Positions 9,134-10,035 of a DNA stretch of 10,035 bases are shown here, piece after piece. The stretch spans positions 1-10,035 of the forward strand of contig JBBQYG010000148.1 of assembly GCA_038208905.1 (NCBI GenBank), given 5' to 3'. Position 1 is the first letter of the stretch. Each line of letters begins with the position of its first letter. The position numbers were made by a program, and so were the translations under genes. Under the pieces are notes generated by a model. The model was given only the letters and a program-made list of their open reading frames with translations, searched no databases and was not told the origin of the DNA. The DNA is from Candidatus Sumerlaeia bacterium (lineage in GTDB: Bacteria; Sumerlaeota; Sumerlaeia; SLMS01).

Positions 9134-10035
9134 GGCACCGACTCCTCGCGTTCGGGCTCTGAAAAGTGCGCCGTGTTCTCCATCCACCCCGACTCCATCA
9201 GTCGCCCCCAGTCCTCGCGCTCGAGCACTTCCTGAACTTCCGGGAATTCCACAATGCGCCGAATGCGGGACTCGCGTGTCCCCTCCAACCGGTAAACCAG
9301 CGACGCATCCTGCCTCGACTGCTCGCTCAGCATCGACATCAACATCGGCGAATGCGTCGTCGCGACAACCTGAAGCGGGTGCAGGTCTGGATTGCGGACG
9401 CGCGACTCGATGAGATCGACGAGCAGATGGAGGCGGGTTGGGTGCAGGCCGGTTTCTATTTCCTCGAAGAAGTAGAGGCTGCGCGTGTGGGGTGACAGCA
9501 GCGCCCCAAGCATCGCAAGAAATCGCAGCGTTCCATCCGAAACACTGTGGGCAGAAACCCTGCGCCCCCCGGGCTCGATAATTTCCAGCAGCACCCGCCC
9601 GGAGGCATCGGCGGGAAATGCCATATCCGCGACATCCATTGGCGTCAGCGCCGAGAGCCAGCTCTTGATAGACTCCCTCGTCGCTGGATTCTCCCAAAGC
9701 TCCATTAGAACAGAGGACAGATTCTCACCTCGATGACCCATTCGGTTCGCACCGGGCGCGCTATACTCTCGCATCTGGTCGGGATCGAAGTCGAAGAAGC
9801 GAATATATTCGAAGTTCACAGAAGCGGTCAGGCATGTACCCATCTCCCGAACTCCTCTGTCCCAATCGCCAGGCCTACCGAATCGAGTCCACCCAGTATG
9901 CCCCAGATGGTGGAGCATGGGCCGCGAAGCAGGAGTATACGACTTTCCCTCCAGCGCCCTGGCCCTGCCCACCTCTTCCGTCAGTCGATCATCTAGCCTT
10001 GCAGAGACGTTCGGATCAATCGGCCAGCGAAAAAC
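9130..10035 (-). CDS. ABC-type / AAA_21-like ATPase (5'-partial)
   Basis: Signature SVSDGTLRFLA, Walker B/D-loop LYFFEEIETGLHP, H-loop VVATTHSP, and GENLSSVL. The frame is open from 10035 (VFRWPIDPNVSARLDDRLTEEVGRA...), so the true start and Walker A lie outside the window. Confidence 0.92.
   Translation of the reverse strand, partial: VFRWPIDPNVSARLDDRLTEEVGRARALEGKSYTPASRPMLHHLGHTGWTRFGRPGDWDRGVREMGTCLTASVNFEYIRFFDFDPDQMREYSAPGANRMGHRGENLSSVLMELWENPATRESIKSWLSALTPMDVADMAFPADASGRVLLEIIEPGGRRVSAHSVSDGTLRFLAMLGALLSPHTRSLYFFEEIETGLHPTRLHLLVDLIESRVRNPDLHPLQVVATTHSPMLMSMLSEQSRQDASLVYRLEGTRESRIRRIVEFPEVQEVLEREDWGRLMESGWMENTAHFSEPEREESVP

Noticed and set aside
9134..9697. N-terminal part of track ORF 8861..9697
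   Set aside because: It overlaps the ATPase in another frame and has no protein-like motifs. The real partner gene starts at TTG 9133.

Overview
High-GC bacterial window (host not identifiable from sequence alone). From 6705 down to the left edge there are six co-directional minus-strand genes: a short GGQ/ArfB-like peptidyl-tRNA hydrolase, a polytopic GT-C-like membrane protein, an NYN-LOTUS RNase, pgeF, a divergent orphan PilM/FtsA-like protein, and a secreted coiled-coil protein that the ORF track misses and that runs off the left edge into poly-G tracts. A Kef-type CPA2 antiporter is transcribed divergently (6878-8542). Converging on it is a two-gene cassette: an ABC/AAA_21-type ATPase (5'-truncated by the window) coupled to a lower-GC TOPRIM/DUF4276-like partner, a candidate defence or toxin system. 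The most notable signal is that the partner gene (9133-8549) is one continuous frame interrupted by a single in-frame TGA at codon 91, which the ORF track shows as two unrelated ORFs. Family assignments are from motif recognition, not database searches.
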